Shown here: piece after piece, positions 21,487 to 32,160 of the stretch | Layout: the number at the start of each line of letters is the position of its first letter | Numbering within the stretch: the first letter of the stretch is position 1 | IMG/VR virus record: IMGVR_UViG_2547132077_000001 | Coordinates: 1-38,217 of that record | Source: a virus | Lineage: Duplodnaviria; Heunggongvirae; Uroviricota; Caudoviricetes | DNA length: 38,217 nt | Reading direction: 5' to 3' (one strand) | The notes under the pieces: generated by a model | Database searches by the model: none | The model's input: only the letters and a program-made list of their open reading frames with translations | Told to the model about the DNA's origin: nothing | Position numbers and translations under genes: made by a program

Positions 21487-21924
21487 TTATTTCAGGCATT
21501 GCGTCCTGATGTACTCCTGCAGGTAGTTAACCTGCGCGGTTATCTTGTCGATTCCACTTCGGAGACGGTAATAATTGAGTTCAGCATCTGCTGTAAGTCT
21601 TGGGCTTTCTCCATCGCCCATGCCGCTGGCTCCGGTCGTTGACTTTGCACAGGTGGCGGCGACTTGCAGGCGCTTACGCCCAGCAGAAACATCAGCACGG
21701 AGACTTTCGATAGTCGCGTTAGCATCAGCAAGCTCCTTTGTGTATCTTGCGTCGAGTTCTGCTACATCACGTTGACGCTTCTGCATATCAGCGATGATGG
21801 ATGTGGCTTTATCGCGCTGCTCTTTGTAGGTCATGGCGTTATCACGGTAATGATTAACAGCCCACGACAGGCAGACGATGATGCAGATAATCAGAGCGGA
21901 GATAATCGCGGTTACTCTGCTCAT
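21487..21924 (-). CDS. Rz: Rz i-spanin
   Basis: 145 aa, N-terminal transmembrane segment, coiled coil; follows the endolysin with a 4-nt overlap. Confidence 0.85.
   Translation of the reverse strand: MSRVTAIISALIICIIVCLSWAVNHYRDNAMTYKEQRDKATSIIADMQKRQRDVAELDARYTKELADANATIESLRADVSAGRKRLQVAATCAKSTTGASGMGDGESPRLTADAELNYYRLRSGIDKITAQVNYLQEYIRTQCLK
21540..21731 (-). CDS. Rz1: Rz1 o-spanin lipoprotein, embedded in the +1 frame of Rz
   Basis: Signal sequence ending in lipobox-like VSAC, then a proline-rich stretch ([16 protein letters not shown]); entirely nested inside Rz as in lambda. Confidence 0.75.
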   Translation of the reverse strand: MLMLTRLSKVSVLMFLLGVSACKSPPPVQSQRPEPAAWAMEKAQDLQQMLNSIITVSEVESTR

Positions 21925-22397
21925 GCCTCAATCTCTCTTACCGTTCCGCCAGCTTCTTTGAATTTTGCAATCAGGCTGTCAGCCTTATGCTCGAACTGAC
22001 CATAACCAGCACCCGGCAGTGAAGCCCAGATATTGCTGCAACGGTCGATTGCCTGACGAATATCACCGCGATCAATCATCGGTAAAGCGCCACGCTCCTT
22101 AATCTGCTGCAGCGCAACAGCGTCCTGGCTTTTGGGAGAGAAGTCTTTCAGGCCAAGCTGCTTACGGTAAGCATCCCACCAACGGGAAAGAAGCTGGTAA
22201 CGTCCGGCTGCTGTTGATTTGAGTTTGGGGTTTAGCGTGACAAGTTTGCGAGGGTGATCGGAGTAATCAGTGAATAGCTCTCCGCCAACAATGACGTCAT
22301 AACCGTGATTTCTGGTTTTCTGTCGTCCGTTATCTGTTCCCTCTGACCACGCCAGCATATCGAGGAACGCCTTACGTTGATTATTGATTTCCACCAT
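21921..22397 (-). CDS. R: Endolysin (lambda R lytic transglycosylase)
   Basis: 158 aa, [42 protein letters not shown]..., essentially identical to lambda R as recalled. Confidence 0.95.
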   Translation of the reverse strand: MVEINNQRKAFLDMLAWSEGTDNGRQKTRNHGYDVIVGGELFTDYSDHPRKLVTLNPKLKSTAAGRYQLLSRWWDAYRKQLGLKDFSPKSQDAVALQQIKERGALPMIDRGDIRQAIDRCSNIWASLPGAGYGQFEHKADSLIAKFKEAGGTVREIEA

Positions 22398-22704
22398 CTT
22401 CTACTCCGGCTTTTTTAGCAGCGAAGCGTTTGATAAGCGAACCAATCGAGTCAGTACCGATGTAGCCGATGAACACGCTCGTTATATAAGCGAGATTGCT
22501 ACTTAGTCCGGCGAAGTCGAGAAGGTCACGAATGAACCAGGCGATAATGGCGCACATCGTTGCGTCGATTACTGTTTTTGTAAACGCACCGCCATTATAT
22601 CTGCCGCGAAGGTACGCCATTGCAAACGCAAGGATTGCCCCGATGCCTTGTTCCTTTGCCGCGAGAATGGCGGCTAACAGGTCATGTTTTTCTGGCATCT
22701 TCAT
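22381..22704 (-). CDS. S: Holin/antiholin (lambda S, dual start MKM)
   Basis: 107 aa, [45 protein letters not shown]..., essentially identical to lambda S as recalled. Confidence 0.95.
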   Translation of the reverse strand: MKMPEKHDLLAAILAAKEQGIGAILAFAMAYLRGRYNGGAFTKTVIDATMCAIIAWFIRDLLDFAGLSSNLAYITSVFIGYIGTDSIGSLIKRFAAKKAGVEDGGNQ

Positions 22705-22995
22705 GTCTTACCCCCAATAAGGGGATTTGCTCTATTTAATTAGGAATAAGGTCGATTACTGATAGAACAAATCCAGGCTACTGTGTTTAGTAATCAGATT
22801 TGTTCGTGACCGATATGCACGAGCAAAACGGCATGAGGTTGTTAGCGCAACCTCATGCCACCCGCTTTCACGAAGCCAGCCATTGCGCTGGTTTTCTTTT
22901 ATGCAAAGCACACCGCACCGTAGCCACAGCGGATAAGGTGATTATTTTTGTCTGTCTGGTATTTGGTTTGATGTGCTTTCAGAAAGGTCGTGATT

Positions 22996-23030
22996 AAAAC
23001 GCAAAAGCCCCGAGCTATTAACTCAGGGCT
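22996..23030 (-). terminator. Candidate tR'-like terminator of the short PR' leader RNA
   Basis: Imperfect hairpin (GCCCCGAG/CTCAGGGC with bulges) followed on the minus strand by TTTTGCGTTTT, about 30-60 nt downstream of the predicted PR' start. Confidence 0.45.
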
Positions 23031-23065
23031 TTATTTAACGAGTGCATTTATCCATCGTTGGGTCA

Positions 23066-23094
23066 AATTTACCCAACTTTATTCAAAAAGTCAA
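23066..23094 (-). promoter_or_regulatory. Late promoter PR' (-35 TTGACT, 17-bp spacer, -10 TAAATT) with the Q-utilisation region
   Basis: On the minus strand: TTGACTTTTTGAATAAAGTTGGGTAAATTTGAC, closely matching the lambda PR' region as recalled; lies between Q and S. Confidence 0.8.
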
Positions 23095-23136
23095 TATCAT
23101 GCCGTAAAGATGTTGCCATCCGTGGCAATCATGCTG

Positions 23137-23760
23137 CTAACGTGTGACTGCGTTCAAAATGTTGTCTGCGATTGACTCTTCCTTGTGGCATTGCACCACC
23201 AGAGCGTCATACAGCGGCTTAACAGTGCGTGACCAGGTGGGTTGGGTAAGGTTTGGGATTAGCATCGTCACAGCGCGATATGCTGCGCTTGCAGGCATCC
23301 TTGAATAACCGACGCCTTTACATCTTCCGCACTCTTTCTCAACAACTCTCCCCCACTGCTCTGTTTTTGCTATATCAACCGCACGACCTGTACCGTGGCA
23401 ATCTCTGCATCTTGCGCCCGGCGTCGCGGCACTACGGCAATAATCCGCATAAGCGAATGTTGCGAGTACTTGCAGTACCTTTGCCTTAGTATTTCCTTCA
23501 AGCTTTGCAACGCCACGGTATTTCCCCGATACCTTGTGTGCAAATTGCATCAGATAGTTGATAGCCTTTTGTTTGTCGTTCTGGCTGAGTTCATGCTTAC
23601 CGCAGAATGCAGCCATTCCGAATCCGGCTTGTGATTGCGCCATCCCCATAGCAGCCATCACATCAGTACCGGAAAGAGAGTCAGAAGCCGTAGCCCGTGG
23701 TGAGTCGCTCATCATCGGGCTTTTTGGCGAATGAAATTTAGCTACGCTTTCGAGTCTCAT
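23137..23760 (-). CDS. Q: Late antiterminator Q (lambda-type)
   Basis: 207 aa; matches lambda Q as recalled (Cys/His zinc motif CRDCHGTG...CGRCKG); directly upstream of PR'. Confidence 0.9.
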   Translation of the reverse strand: MRLESVAKFHSPKSPMMSDSPRATASDSLSGTDVMAAMGMAQSQAGFGMAAFCGKHELSQNDKQKAINYLMQFAHKVSGKYRGVAKLEGNTKAKVLQVLATFAYADYCRSAATPGARCRDCHGTGRAVDIAKTEQWGRVVEKECGRCKGVGYSRMPASAAYRAVTMLIPNLTQPTWSRTVKPLYDALVVQCHKEESIADNILNAVTR

Positions 23761-23945
23761 GGCCTTCCCCTTTTGCCCTGTTTGACCATCAGGACGCCGT
23801 TAACTATTACGTGACGCTCGCCTTTGCTGTCTCGGTTGTACTTGAGCACTGTTCCTCTTGCGCAGGAAAGCATCCTTGCCACTTCGGTCTGATTGCCTCG
23901 TGTCTGGATAAGAAGCTCTGGTATCGTTTGAATTGTGGCGTTCAT
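23757..23945 (-). CDS. ninH: NinH
   Basis: 62 aa; TIPE...GNQTEVARML.C.RGTV.KY motif matches lambda NinH as recalled. Confidence 0.8.
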   Translation of the reverse strand: MNATIQTIPELLIQTRGNQTEVARMLSCARGTVLKYNRDSKGERHVIVNGVLMVKQGKRGRP

Positions 23946-24304
23946 GCGTTCTCCAGTTCGGTGATTTTTATTCCAAGCCTTCCACCTGGTACTTTCACAC
24001 CACGAATTACGCGAATGTCATCGAATTGCTCGTCGTCTTCCGCAAATCCGGCGTGGATAAGGGAGTCGAGTAAACCTTTCAGGATGTTGTCGAGGTCGCG
24101 GCGGCGGGAGTCCGGAACGTCTGCGATTACTTTGATGCGGAGTCGTGATTTGGTGAAAATGTCTAACTTAAGTTGGCGGATGATTTGCTGAACGTCTTTT
24201 CGGTATTTCTGGCCTTTATCGCTGATGTAGTATTGGCTTCCCCGTCTTCGCCAGTAGGTATTCACCGACGGCGGGTATGGAAGCACAAACTGATATTCGT
24301 TCAT
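23942..24304 (-). CDS. rusA: RusA-type Holliday junction resolvase
   Basis: 120 aa; PPS.N.YWR...DRRRRDLDN...G...D.Q motifs match E. coli RusA as recalled; sits where lambda has ninG. Confidence 0.85.
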   Translation of the reverse strand: MNEYQFVLPYPPSVNTYWRRRGSQYYISDKGQKYRKDVQQIIRQLKLDIFTKSRLRIKVIADVPDSRRRDLDNILKGLLDSLIHAGFAEDDEQFDDIRVIRGVKVPGGRLGIKITELENA

Positions 24305-24579
24305 TGGACAAACACCCTCCCATTGTTAACCAATTTTTTAAGGGTAAGCACAATGGCCCGATCCATTTCAGCCCTTCGCTCTTCCCTGCTCATATCTCTC
24401 CCATTATCAATTCTTGAATGACAATCAACACATAGCGCAGCAGTAAGGCAATCATCTACTTTAATCCCAACCCCCTTCCCTTCATTTCTGTGAGCGGCCT
24501 GAACTCCGTATCTTCCGCAAAGAACGCAAAATTCAATATCCCTGACTGCCTGAAGCCATTTTTTGCTTCTAAACATCAA
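24301..24579 (-). CDS. YbcO-like DUF1364 protein (Cys/His-rich)
   Basis: 92 aa with CVLCG...H and CVDCH motifs; located immediately upstream of rusA, as ybcO is in DLP12-type prophages. Confidence 0.6.
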   Translation of the reverse strand: MMFRSKKWLQAVRDIEFCVLCGRYGVQAAHRNEGKGVGIKVDDCLTAALCVDCHSRIDNGRDMSREERRAEMDRAIVLTLKKLVNNGRVFVQ

Positions 24580-25078
24580 TCCCCTCCAAAAAACGTCGGT
24601 ACGCTGATTTGTTTTTTATGTTGCACACTGTCTGCGCACAAACACCAAATTCTTTGGCTATATCTCTGTATTTGCCTTTTGATTTATATATTGATTTCAC
24701 TTGTTCTGGCGTTAGTTTGCAGAAGTGATGATTAAACCCATGAACAAGCAACCCGGAATCAAATCCATGTTTCGCATTTTCTGTTCGCGTTACCCACTCA
24801 AGATTTTCAACTTTATTATTAAGTTTATTTCCATCCTTGTGATTAACTTCCGGTTTGCCATCTGGGTTATCAATAAATACTTCTGCAACAATTCTGTGAA
24901 CCATTTTATATGATGGTCTTTTCCCGCCACCTGGATACAGACCGACAAATGCATATCCTCCTGGTTTAATGCCATGAGATAATTTTTTTGATTTACGGCA
25001 TGAAATGATGTCTCCATTTTCAGTTACTTTATATATACCCTCAAAGCCGGGGATATCTTTTTCTTTAACATCACTCAT
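24569..25078 (-). CDS. Free-standing HNH homing endonuclease (NUMOD4-like N-terminus plus HNH motif)
   Basis: 169 aa; IPGFEGIYKVTENGDIIS (NUMOD4-like) and VNHKDGNKLNNKVENLEW (HNH); overlaps the stops and starts of both neighbours. Confidence 0.8.
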   Translation of the reverse strand: MSDVKEKDIPGFEGIYKVTENGDIISCRKSKKLSHGIKPGGYAFVGLYPGGGKRPSYKMVHRIVAEVFIDNPDGKPEVNHKDGNKLNNKVENLEWVTRTENAKHGFDSGLLVHGFNHHFCKLTPEQVKSIYKSKGKYRDIAKEFGVCAQTVCNIKNKSAYRRFLEGIDV

Positions 25079-25241
25079 CGTCTTCTTCCTCGTACATTGA
25101 GCTATTCGGATCGCTCATCAGTTCTGCGCAGCAGTGCTCACACACGTGAACTTCCAGCACATGCTGCTTCTGACCGCAGTTAACGCACGTTAAAGCCCGC
25201 TCGACGCTTTGTTGTTCGTAACTTCGATTTGGGTCAATCAC
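25071..25241 (-). CDS. ninF: NinF
   Basis: Not in the ORF track (under 60 aa). My translation from a GTG start (RBS GAGGA) gives ...[45 protein letters not shown], matching lambda NinF as recalled; GTGA overlap with the ninE stop. Confidence 0.75.
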   Translation of the reverse strand: MIDPNRSYEQQSVERALTCVNCGQKQHVLEVHVCEHCCAELMSDPNSSMYEEEDDE

Positions 25242-25420
25242 CTTGTTTTCCTCGCACGTTCTCTAAGCCACCGGATATCCCACAGGTGAGCCGTGTAATT
25301 GAAGGTTTTTACGTCAGATTCTTTTGGGATTGGCTTGGATTTATTTCTGGAGCGTTTCGTTGGAAGGTATTTGCAGTTTTCGCAGATTATGTCGGTGATA
25401 CTTCGTCGCTGTCGCCTCAT
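25238..25420 (-). CDS. ninE: NinE
   Basis: Internal Met of the track ORF gives [60 protein letters not shown], 60 aa, matching lambda NinE as recalled. Confidence 0.85.
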   Translation of the reverse strand: MRRQRRSITDIICENCKYLPTKRSRNKSKPIPKESDVKTFNYTAHLWDIRWLRERARKTR

Positions 25421-25944
25421 GCCGCCCTCCTGACGCCCTGCCCGATCGCCATCAATGCCGCTTTGGATACGGTAGTAAACATCCGTCGAGGACTGATGAA
25501 CGGTCGCCAAATCAGTAGCATGGAGCCTTTGCTGTTTCCCTTCTTCTCCAGCCCTGTCGATGGTTCGATAAAATTAATCCGTCCATCAGTGATAATGCGA
25601 ACTTCGTCGACACTCTCCAGAGCCTTGCTGAACCATCCGACTGACATATCCTCTGGCACAAGCATAACTACCGTCTGTCGCTGTTGTATGCACTGCTCAG
25701 CGGCTTTTTCCACCCACGGCCTGATATTGCTGTACGGTGGGTTATTCCAGATTGCACCGTGGCTTACCCACTCAGAATTGAGCGCGTCGTCGGCCTCAGT
25801 TAGCCAGTGAGCACACAGAGCATTTTTGTCGCTCGCTGCCGAATCCAGCCAGAATCCAAACTCAATATCCAGTGCATCAAAAAGCCAAAGCGGCGTTTGC
25901 CAGCAGTCCTTGTCGTGTGCTGGCGTATTTGATTTGATAGTCAT
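25417..25944 (-). CDS. Phage Dam-like DNA N6-adenine methyltransferase
   Basis: Start placed at the internal Met ([23 protein letters not shown]...) overlapping the ninB stop; NPPY catalytic motif (WNNPPYS); about 175 aa. Confidence 0.8.
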   Translation of the reverse strand: MTIKSNTPAHDKDCWQTPLWLFDALDIEFGFWLDSAASDKNALCAHWLTEADDALNSEWVSHGAIWNNPPYSNIRPWVEKAAEQCIQQRQTVVMLVPEDMSVGWFSKALESVDEVRIITDGRINFIEPSTGLEKKGNSKGSMLLIWRPFISPRRMFTTVSKAALMAIGQGVRRAA

Positions 25945-26381
25945 GCAGCCCGATCTCCCCATCGCGCTTTCCACTCCAGAGCCAGTCGCGCTTCGTCTGA
26001 CCACTTAACGCCACGCTCTGTACCGAATGCCTGTATAAGCTCTAATAGCTCCGCAAATTCGCCTACACGCATCCTGCTGGTTGACTGGCCGATTACCACA
26101 AAGCCATTCCCGGCAAGGTTAGGAACAACGTCTTGCTGCTTTAATGCTGCGGTAAACACACACTTCCAGCTTTCTGCATCCAGCCAGCGACCATGCCATT
26201 CAACCTGACGAGAGACGTCACCAAGGCAAGCCCAAAGCTTTCGATTCTGGTCTAAGCTGCGGTTGCGTTCCTGGATGGTCACTACGATTGGTTTGGTTGG
26301 GTCTGGAAGAATTTGCTGTACTGCGTGAATAGCGTTTTGCTGATGTGCTGGAGATCGAATTTCAAAGGTTAGTTTTTTCAT
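25941..26381 (-). CDS. ninB: NinB (Orf family recombination mediator)
   Basis: Internal Met gives MKKLTFEIRSPAHQQNAIHAVQQILPDPTKPIVVTIQERNRSLDQNRKLWA..., matching lambda NinB as recalled. Confidence 0.9.
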   Translation of the reverse strand: MKKLTFEIRSPAHQQNAIHAVQQILPDPTKPIVVTIQERNRSLDQNRKLWACLGDVSRQVEWHGRWLDAESWKCVFTAALKQQDVVPNLAGNGFVVIGQSTSRMRVGEFAELLELIQAFGTERGVKWSDEARLALEWKARWGDRAA

Positions 26382-26458
26382 GACTTCCCTCTCCCCCAAA
26401 TAAAAAGGCCTGCGATTACCAGCAGGCCTGTTATTAGCTCAGTGATGTAGATGGTCAT

Positions 26459-28339
26459 TTAATACTCCGTCACGTTTTCCTGTCGCCACGCCTCGTCATA
26501 TTCCGATTTCGGCATATTGGCGATGTAGCTATATGGCGATCCTGATTCAAGTTGCAGGAACTGGTGCGATTGCTCGTCAAGGAACAACGGGACACCACCC
26601 TCCCAACCTTCGCCGTTACGTTGTTTTTCAAGCATCAAAACAGATGCCGGAGATGCCAGTAGCTGTTCGTCCTTCTCTGACATCTTTTCACCACTCTGAA
26701 CTCTCTGTAACGCTCTCTCGCGAGCCTTGTTACGCCAGATGATGAAAAGGTTGTCTGTCAGGTCTGTTATCGCTCCAGAGCCTTTTACGTCCATTTTCCC
26801 GGTTGGTTTTTCTTCGCTGTCTCCTTTTCGCGAGTGAGTAACGAGAATGACGTGGGAGTTTGTTTTGTTTTTGAAGTCGCAAATCGAGTCAACAAACGCC
26901 TTCTGCCCGTTATAGTCATCGTCGCCTATGCCACATTTCATCAGGCTGTCGATGATGAATAACTGGATCCCGTATCGGCGGCGAGCGTAGTCGAATATTT
27001 CGATCAGCCTGTCGGCTTTCGCCGTTCCGGTCAGGCCAAACACCCAAAGTCTTTCGTCATAAAATTTAAATGCAGAGTCAATTTCCAGCACTGGCGGCAT
27101 CTTGCAGCACGTCGCCTGACGGGTAAGGCGCTTAAGGAGAATACCAGGCTTCAGCTCAAGTGACGCGATGCACGTCTTCACACCCTGACGCATTGCCTCA
27201 AGTGCCATATGCCCGACAACCTCCGTTTTTCCGTGACCGTTCACACCATTGACCAGCGTCAACTCGGCCTCACGGAACTGGAATTTATCTGCCAGAGATT
27301 CCCACGGTGGATTAAACAGATACTGCTGCTTGCCGTAGAAAGCGTTGATAGTGTCCTGGTAAAACTCTCGCGCGCTGTAGAGTTCTTCAGGGTCGAAGTA
27401 GGATGCCGTGCCGATGTACTGCCAGATTTCATCCTCGGTAACACCGTTCATCAGGCATTCGTTGATGTCTTTGTACGGCAGAGTAACAAGACGGCAACGA
27501 TGTTCACCGAGTCGGCTTGCGATTTCCCTTGCGGCCTCACGACCAACATCATCAACGTCCATCGAGATGAATATTTCCTCAAACCTGTCGAGGTTGTGAT
27601 ACTCAAACTCAATCCACTGTTGCTTAGCGCCTTTCCCGCCACCAAACGGCACGGATAACGCCGAGATGCCGTATTGCGCATAGCTCATACAATCAATTTC
27701 GCCTTCGCAAAGTACAACCGCCCTCACGCCAGCGTCCAGAGCCTGCCATCCGAACAGACAAGGTTCGCAATCACCTTCTGCCATAATGACTTTCTTCCCG
27801 TCCGGGCGCTCAGTGCTGATTCGCTTGACCTGCAACAACTCACCATCGCGCTTGTACGGAAGCACCAGTGCATCAAGTTCTCGTTCTCCATTCCACACCT
27901 TGCCGCTGACAACCTCGTAGCGCTTTACGACTTCTGGCGATATGCCACGCGATTGCAGGTACTCAAGATGGGATTCTGTTCTGGTAACGTAGCGGGCGAT
28001 TTTCTTGCGGTCAGGTCTGGAGAATTTCTTCTCACGTTTGGCATCGAAATGGTGATCGTCATCCTTGATTCCGAGAAAGGCTTTCGCTTCCTGCATAGCC
28101 TGATGCAGGTTAATTCCACGACATGCCATCCACAAATCAAGCATGTCACCGCCGTCTCCCTCAGCGAAATCAGCCCATTTTTTCTTGCCGCTAAGGTTGA
28201 CCTTAAGGCTGTTTCCCTTGTCACCGTTGACGTTACCGGCAACCCACTCATGCCCCTCTTTCTTGCCGTTTGGCAACAGGTGCGGAGCCACCCTGTCAAC
28301 CTGCGCCCAAAGCAGGTCACTGAGTTCACTTGGCGTCAT
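26459..28339 (-). CDS. Bifunctional replicative primase-helicase (TOPRIM-like primase domain plus DnaB/RepA-like P-loop helicase domain)
   Basis: 626 aa; Walker A-like VNGVNGHGKT and Walker B-like LFIIDSL in the C-terminal half; central acidic metal-binding-like motifs; follows the initiator gene. Confidence 0.8.
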   Translation of the reverse strand: MTPSELSDLLWAQVDRVAPHLLPNGKKEGHEWVAGNVNGDKGNSLKVNLSGKKKWADFAEGDGGDMLDLWMACRGINLHQAMQEAKAFLGIKDDDHHFDAKREKKFSRPDRKKIARYVTRTESHLEYLQSRGISPEVVKRYEVVSGKVWNGERELDALVLPYKRDGELLQVKRISTERPDGKKVIMAEGDCEPCLFGWQALDAGVRAVVLCEGEIDCMSYAQYGISALSVPFGGGKGAKQQWIEFEYHNLDRFEEIFISMDVDDVGREAAREIASRLGEHRCRLVTLPYKDINECLMNGVTEDEIWQYIGTASYFDPEELYSAREFYQDTINAFYGKQQYLFNPPWESLADKFQFREAELTLVNGVNGHGKTEVVGHMALEAMRQGVKTCIASLELKPGILLKRLTRQATCCKMPPVLEIDSAFKFYDERLWVFGLTGTAKADRLIEIFDYARRRYGIQLFIIDSLMKCGIGDDDYNGQKAFVDSICDFKNKTNSHVILVTHSRKGDSEEKPTGKMDVKGSGAITDLTDNLFIIWRNKARERALQRVQSGEKMSEKDEQLLASPASVLMLEKQRNGEGWEGGVPLFLDEQSHQFLQLESGSPYSYIANMPKSEYDEAWRQENVTEY

Positions 28340-28446
28340 GATTCCCTCAGATTGAGATTTTTAAACCAGAAATCGACAAACGAAATACTTAACCAGCCGT
28401 GGTTATAACCAGCGACCAGTAGCGATTTGATTTTTGATTTCATGGT

Positions 28447-29307
28447 TCACCTGTCGAAAAACACGTAGCCAGTTTTCGATACGGTGATTGCGGATGATGG
28501 TTTGGATTGTGGTTGAATAGTTTCTGGCTTCTCGTCGTTCCAGCGCTGACCGTTCAGGTAGCTCGATGGTAACAACCTGTCGAATCCGAACTGCTTACCA
28601 TTCCTGCATGCGATGTCTTCTGCCAGCATCGTGGCAAACTCGCTTGCCGTACCCTTGGTAGTTTTACGCCATTCCCTGAACTGTGTTCTGAATGCTGAAG
28701 CTGCGTTTTTCTTCCCGGCTTTCCGCATGCCTGCACACCAGAATATTTCCTCGAATGCCTTGTCGGTTTCTTCGTGACGGTCAGATGATTTTTCACACTC
28801 CGTCCGAACACTTTCGGACATAGTGTTTTTATTATTTCTTTTTTCTTTTGTAATAGTTTCTTTTGTGTGTCCCTGTTTTGGTGACAGCGCTGTCACCGTT
28901 TTGGTGACACTTTTTGTCACCAATGCAGTGACATTATCACCAGAGTAGTGACACCCTTCGATTTGCCATTCCTCGATGTTCTTGTTAGGCCCGATTTGCT
29001 GGCCTTCGCGAAGGATTACCTTCATCGCGATAAGCTCATTCTTGGCCTTGTTTACCTTCTGTCTTGGCAGCCTGGTAATTTGAGCTAACTGACTATCAGA
29101 GATGCGATCCATCTTTTTACCGTAGCCGTATGTTTTACGGCATATGGCGTGGGCAACCTTGCTCTGATTTTTCGTTAAATCTGCGCCGATAAGCTCTTCA
29201 TACAGGGCATTTGCAAGACGGGTATAACCATCTTCAACTTCTGCCACACGACGCTCCACAGGCCGTTGTGAAGGCCTTAAATGTGTTACGGTTGCAAGAT
29301 TACTCAT
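28447..29307 (-). CDS. Replication initiator, lambda O-like N-terminal domain
   Basis: 286 aa; N-terminal region resembles the origin-binding domain of phage O proteins; iterons lie inside the gene; position after cII. Confidence 0.75.
   Translation of the reverse strand: MSNLATVTHLRPSQRPVERRVAEVEDGYTRLANALYEELIGADLTKNQSKVAHAICRKTYGYGKKMDRISDSQLAQITRLPRQKVNKAKNELIAMKVILREGQQIGPNKNIEEWQIEGCHYSGDNVTALVTKSVTKTVTALSPKQGHTKETITKEKRNNKNTMSESVRTECEKSSDRHEETDKAFEEIFWCAGMRKAGKKNAASAFRTQFREWRKTTKGTASEFATMLAEDIACRNGKQFGFDRLLPSSYLNGQRWNDEKPETIQPQSKPSSAITVSKTGYVFFDR
28875..28955. repeat. Candidate replication origin iterons (GGTGACA / TGTCACC repeats) inside the initiator gene
   Basis: GGTGACAGCGCTGTCACC (perfect 18-bp palindrome), GGTGACActttttGTCACC, then further GTGACA copies within about 80 bp. 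Confidence 0.65.
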
Positions 29308-29446
29308 GACCTTTCTCCTTCTGCATCAGCTTCACTTTTTCCAACTCAGCCCGGAATCGACCAGGCTGCTTGAAGCTGGACAGGAAGCGATCACGTAGTA
29401 TGTGTTTGTGAATTTTGTCCTGGTAAGGACTGAGTTGTTTTGTCAT
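29300..29446 (-). CDS. Small hypothetical protein between cII and the initiator gene
   Basis: 48-aa ORF not in the track; RBS AGGAG before the ATG at 29446; its stop overlaps the initiator ATG. Confidence 0.35.
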   Translation of the reverse strand: MTKQLSPYQDKIHKHILRDRFLSSFKQPGRFRAELEKVKLMQKEKGHE

Positions 29447-29480
29447 AATGACTCCTGTGGATTGATCCAGTCTTTCTACA

Positions 29481-29762
29481 TCAGGCCTCGAAGAATTCGC
29501 CGTTCTTCGGGGCTTTTTCTTTTGTCAGGTAATTGGCAAGCCGCTTAGTCAGCTCAGCCATTTCATCGTCTTCGATTCCGTATTCCAGAACAGCCAGCAT
29601 CATGCTTACCTGCGAGAAGAAACCATTCTTCCAGCGGCTTACCTGATATTCAGGAACCCCCATTGCTCGAGCGAATGTCTTCTGCCCCATCAGTGCCAGT
29701 TTGTTCAGCAAGGCTGACTCGATGCGAGCCGCTTTCTTGCTTTTAGTTGCAATAGTACCCAT
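29481..29762 (-). CDS. cII: CII-like transcriptional activator
   Basis: 93 aa; RIESALLNK...SRWK...LAVLE motif matches lambda CII as recalled; downstream of cro and nutR. Confidence 0.85.
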   Translation of the reverse strand: MGTIATKSKKAARIESALLNKLALMGQKTFARAMGVPEYQVSRWKNGFFSQVSMMLAVLEYGIEDDEMAELTKRLANYLTKEKAPKNGEFFEA

Positions 29763-29838
29763 AGATAATTTCCTTAATGATTAGATAGAGTTGGCTTCGC
29801 AAAGAAACGCAAAACCATAGAGATTTGTTTCTGGTAAT

Positions 29839-29870
29839 GCCCTTTTTCAGGGCTGGGATGTGTAAGAGCG
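29839..29870 (-). promoter_or_regulatory. nutR (boxA CGCTCTTACACA, boxB GCCCTGAAAAAGGGC)
   Basis: On the minus strand boxA precedes the boxB hairpin, matching lambda nutR as recalled; between cro and cII. Confidence 0.85.
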
Positions 29871-29878
29871 GGAATGTC

Positions 29879-31231
<1,353 letters not shown>

Positions 31232-31281
31232 TCCCCACCTCAATCTCAGTAACCCAAAAACAAACTATTTTCCGTTTAAAA

Positions 31282-31349
31282 ACAATGGAGTTTGTTTTTT
31301 GCACCTCCATTTACAATATTTCTTGTTTACAACATACAATCTTTCTTGT
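31282..31349. promoter_or_regulatory. Left operator OL with PL (three ACAA-N6-TTGT sites)
   Basis: ACAATGGAGTTTGT (31282-31295), ACAATATTTCTTGT (31313-31326), ACAATCTTTCTTGT (31336-31349), upstream of nutL and N. Confidence 0.8.
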
Positions 31350-31393
31350 AATTTTAAGCCATCAGCAGGACGCACTAACCACCATGAAGGTGA

Positions 31394-31424
31394 CGCTCTT
31401 AAAAATTAAGCCCTGAAGAAGGGC
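31394..31424 (+). promoter_or_regulatory. nutL (boxA CGCTCTTAAAAATTAA, boxB GCCCTGAAGAAGGGC)
   Basis: Matches lambda nutL as recalled; lies between PL/OL and N. Confidence 0.9.
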
Positions 31425-31534
31425 AGCATTCAAAGCAGAAAGCTTTGAATAGCGCGAAATGCAGCTGCAAGACAGCAACCGTGGAGATAAGCATCACGGC
31501 GCGTTACTCAAAGCTAACTGACAGGAGAATCCAG

Positions 31535-31861
31535 ATGGATGCACAAACACGCCGCCGCGAACGTCGCGCAGAGAAACAGGCTCAATGGAAAGCAGCAAAT
31601 CCCCTGTTGGTTGGGGTAAGCGCAAAACCAGTTAACCGCCCTATTCTCTCGCTGAATCGCAAACCGAAATCACGAGTAGAAAGCGCACTGAATCCGATAG
31701 ACCTTACAGTGCTGGCTGAATACCACGAACAGATTGAAAGCAACCTGCAACGTATTGAGCGCAAGAATCAGCGCACATGGTACAGCAAGCCACGCAGTGA
31801 AATGGGTGTGACTTGTGTTGGTCGCCAGAAAATGAAATTAGGCAGCAAACCACTTATTTGA
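31535..31861 (+). CDS. N: Antiterminator N (lambda type)
   Basis: Internal Met of the track ORF gives MDAQTRRRERRAEKQAQWKAANPLLVGVSAKPVNRPILSLNRKPKSRVESALNPIDLTVLAEYH..., matching lambda N as recalled, including the arginine-rich motif. Confidence 0.93.
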   Translation: MDAQTRRRERRAEKQAQWKAANPLLVGVSAKPVNRPILSLNRKPKSRVESALNPIDLTVLAEYHEQIESNLQRIERKNQRTWYSKPRSEMGVTCVGRQKMKLGSKPLI

Positions 31862-31869
31862 GGTGAGAT

Positions 31870-32121
31870 ATGGAGTTTCATGAAAGTGCGATTTGTGATT
31901 TTCGCGCTAACGCAAATTCAGTAAAACCACAGCCAATTGCAGTTCTTTTTAAAACAATGGGTGCGTGGGCTGTTTTATGCTTTGCCTCTGATGACACTGA
32001 CGCAAGAATGGCAATAGGCCAAGAGATGGAGATGGACCCGACAAACGATGAATTCATAATTTATGGCGCTCCATCTAATTACTTACTTGATACCTGCAAC
32101 ATTTACAACAAGGCTGCCTGA
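31870..32121 (+). CDS. Hypothetical early protein
   Basis: 83-aa ORF with RBS GAGGTGA, immediately after N. Confidence 0.55.
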   Translation: MEFHESAICDFRANANSVKPQPIAVLFKTMGAWAVLCFASDDTDARMAIGQEMEMDPTNDEFIIYGAPSNYLLDTCNIYNKAA

Positions 32122-32160
32122 TGGAGGCCTTTATTTTTGGCATAAACAACAGAGGCTAAC

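Noticed and set aside
22800-23175. Short plus-strand ORFs (65 and 61 aa) between S and Q
   Set aside because: They fall in the PR' late-leader region, which is explained by regulatory elements on the minus strand.
25229-25810. 193-aa ORF on the plus strand
   Set aside because: Antisense to the methylase, ninE and ninF genes, which are supported by sequence matches; treated as spurious.
27674-28408. 244-aa ORF on the plus strand
   Set aside because: Lies entirely antisense to the well-supported primase-helicase gene, with no RBS or recognisable motifs; treated as a shadow ORF.
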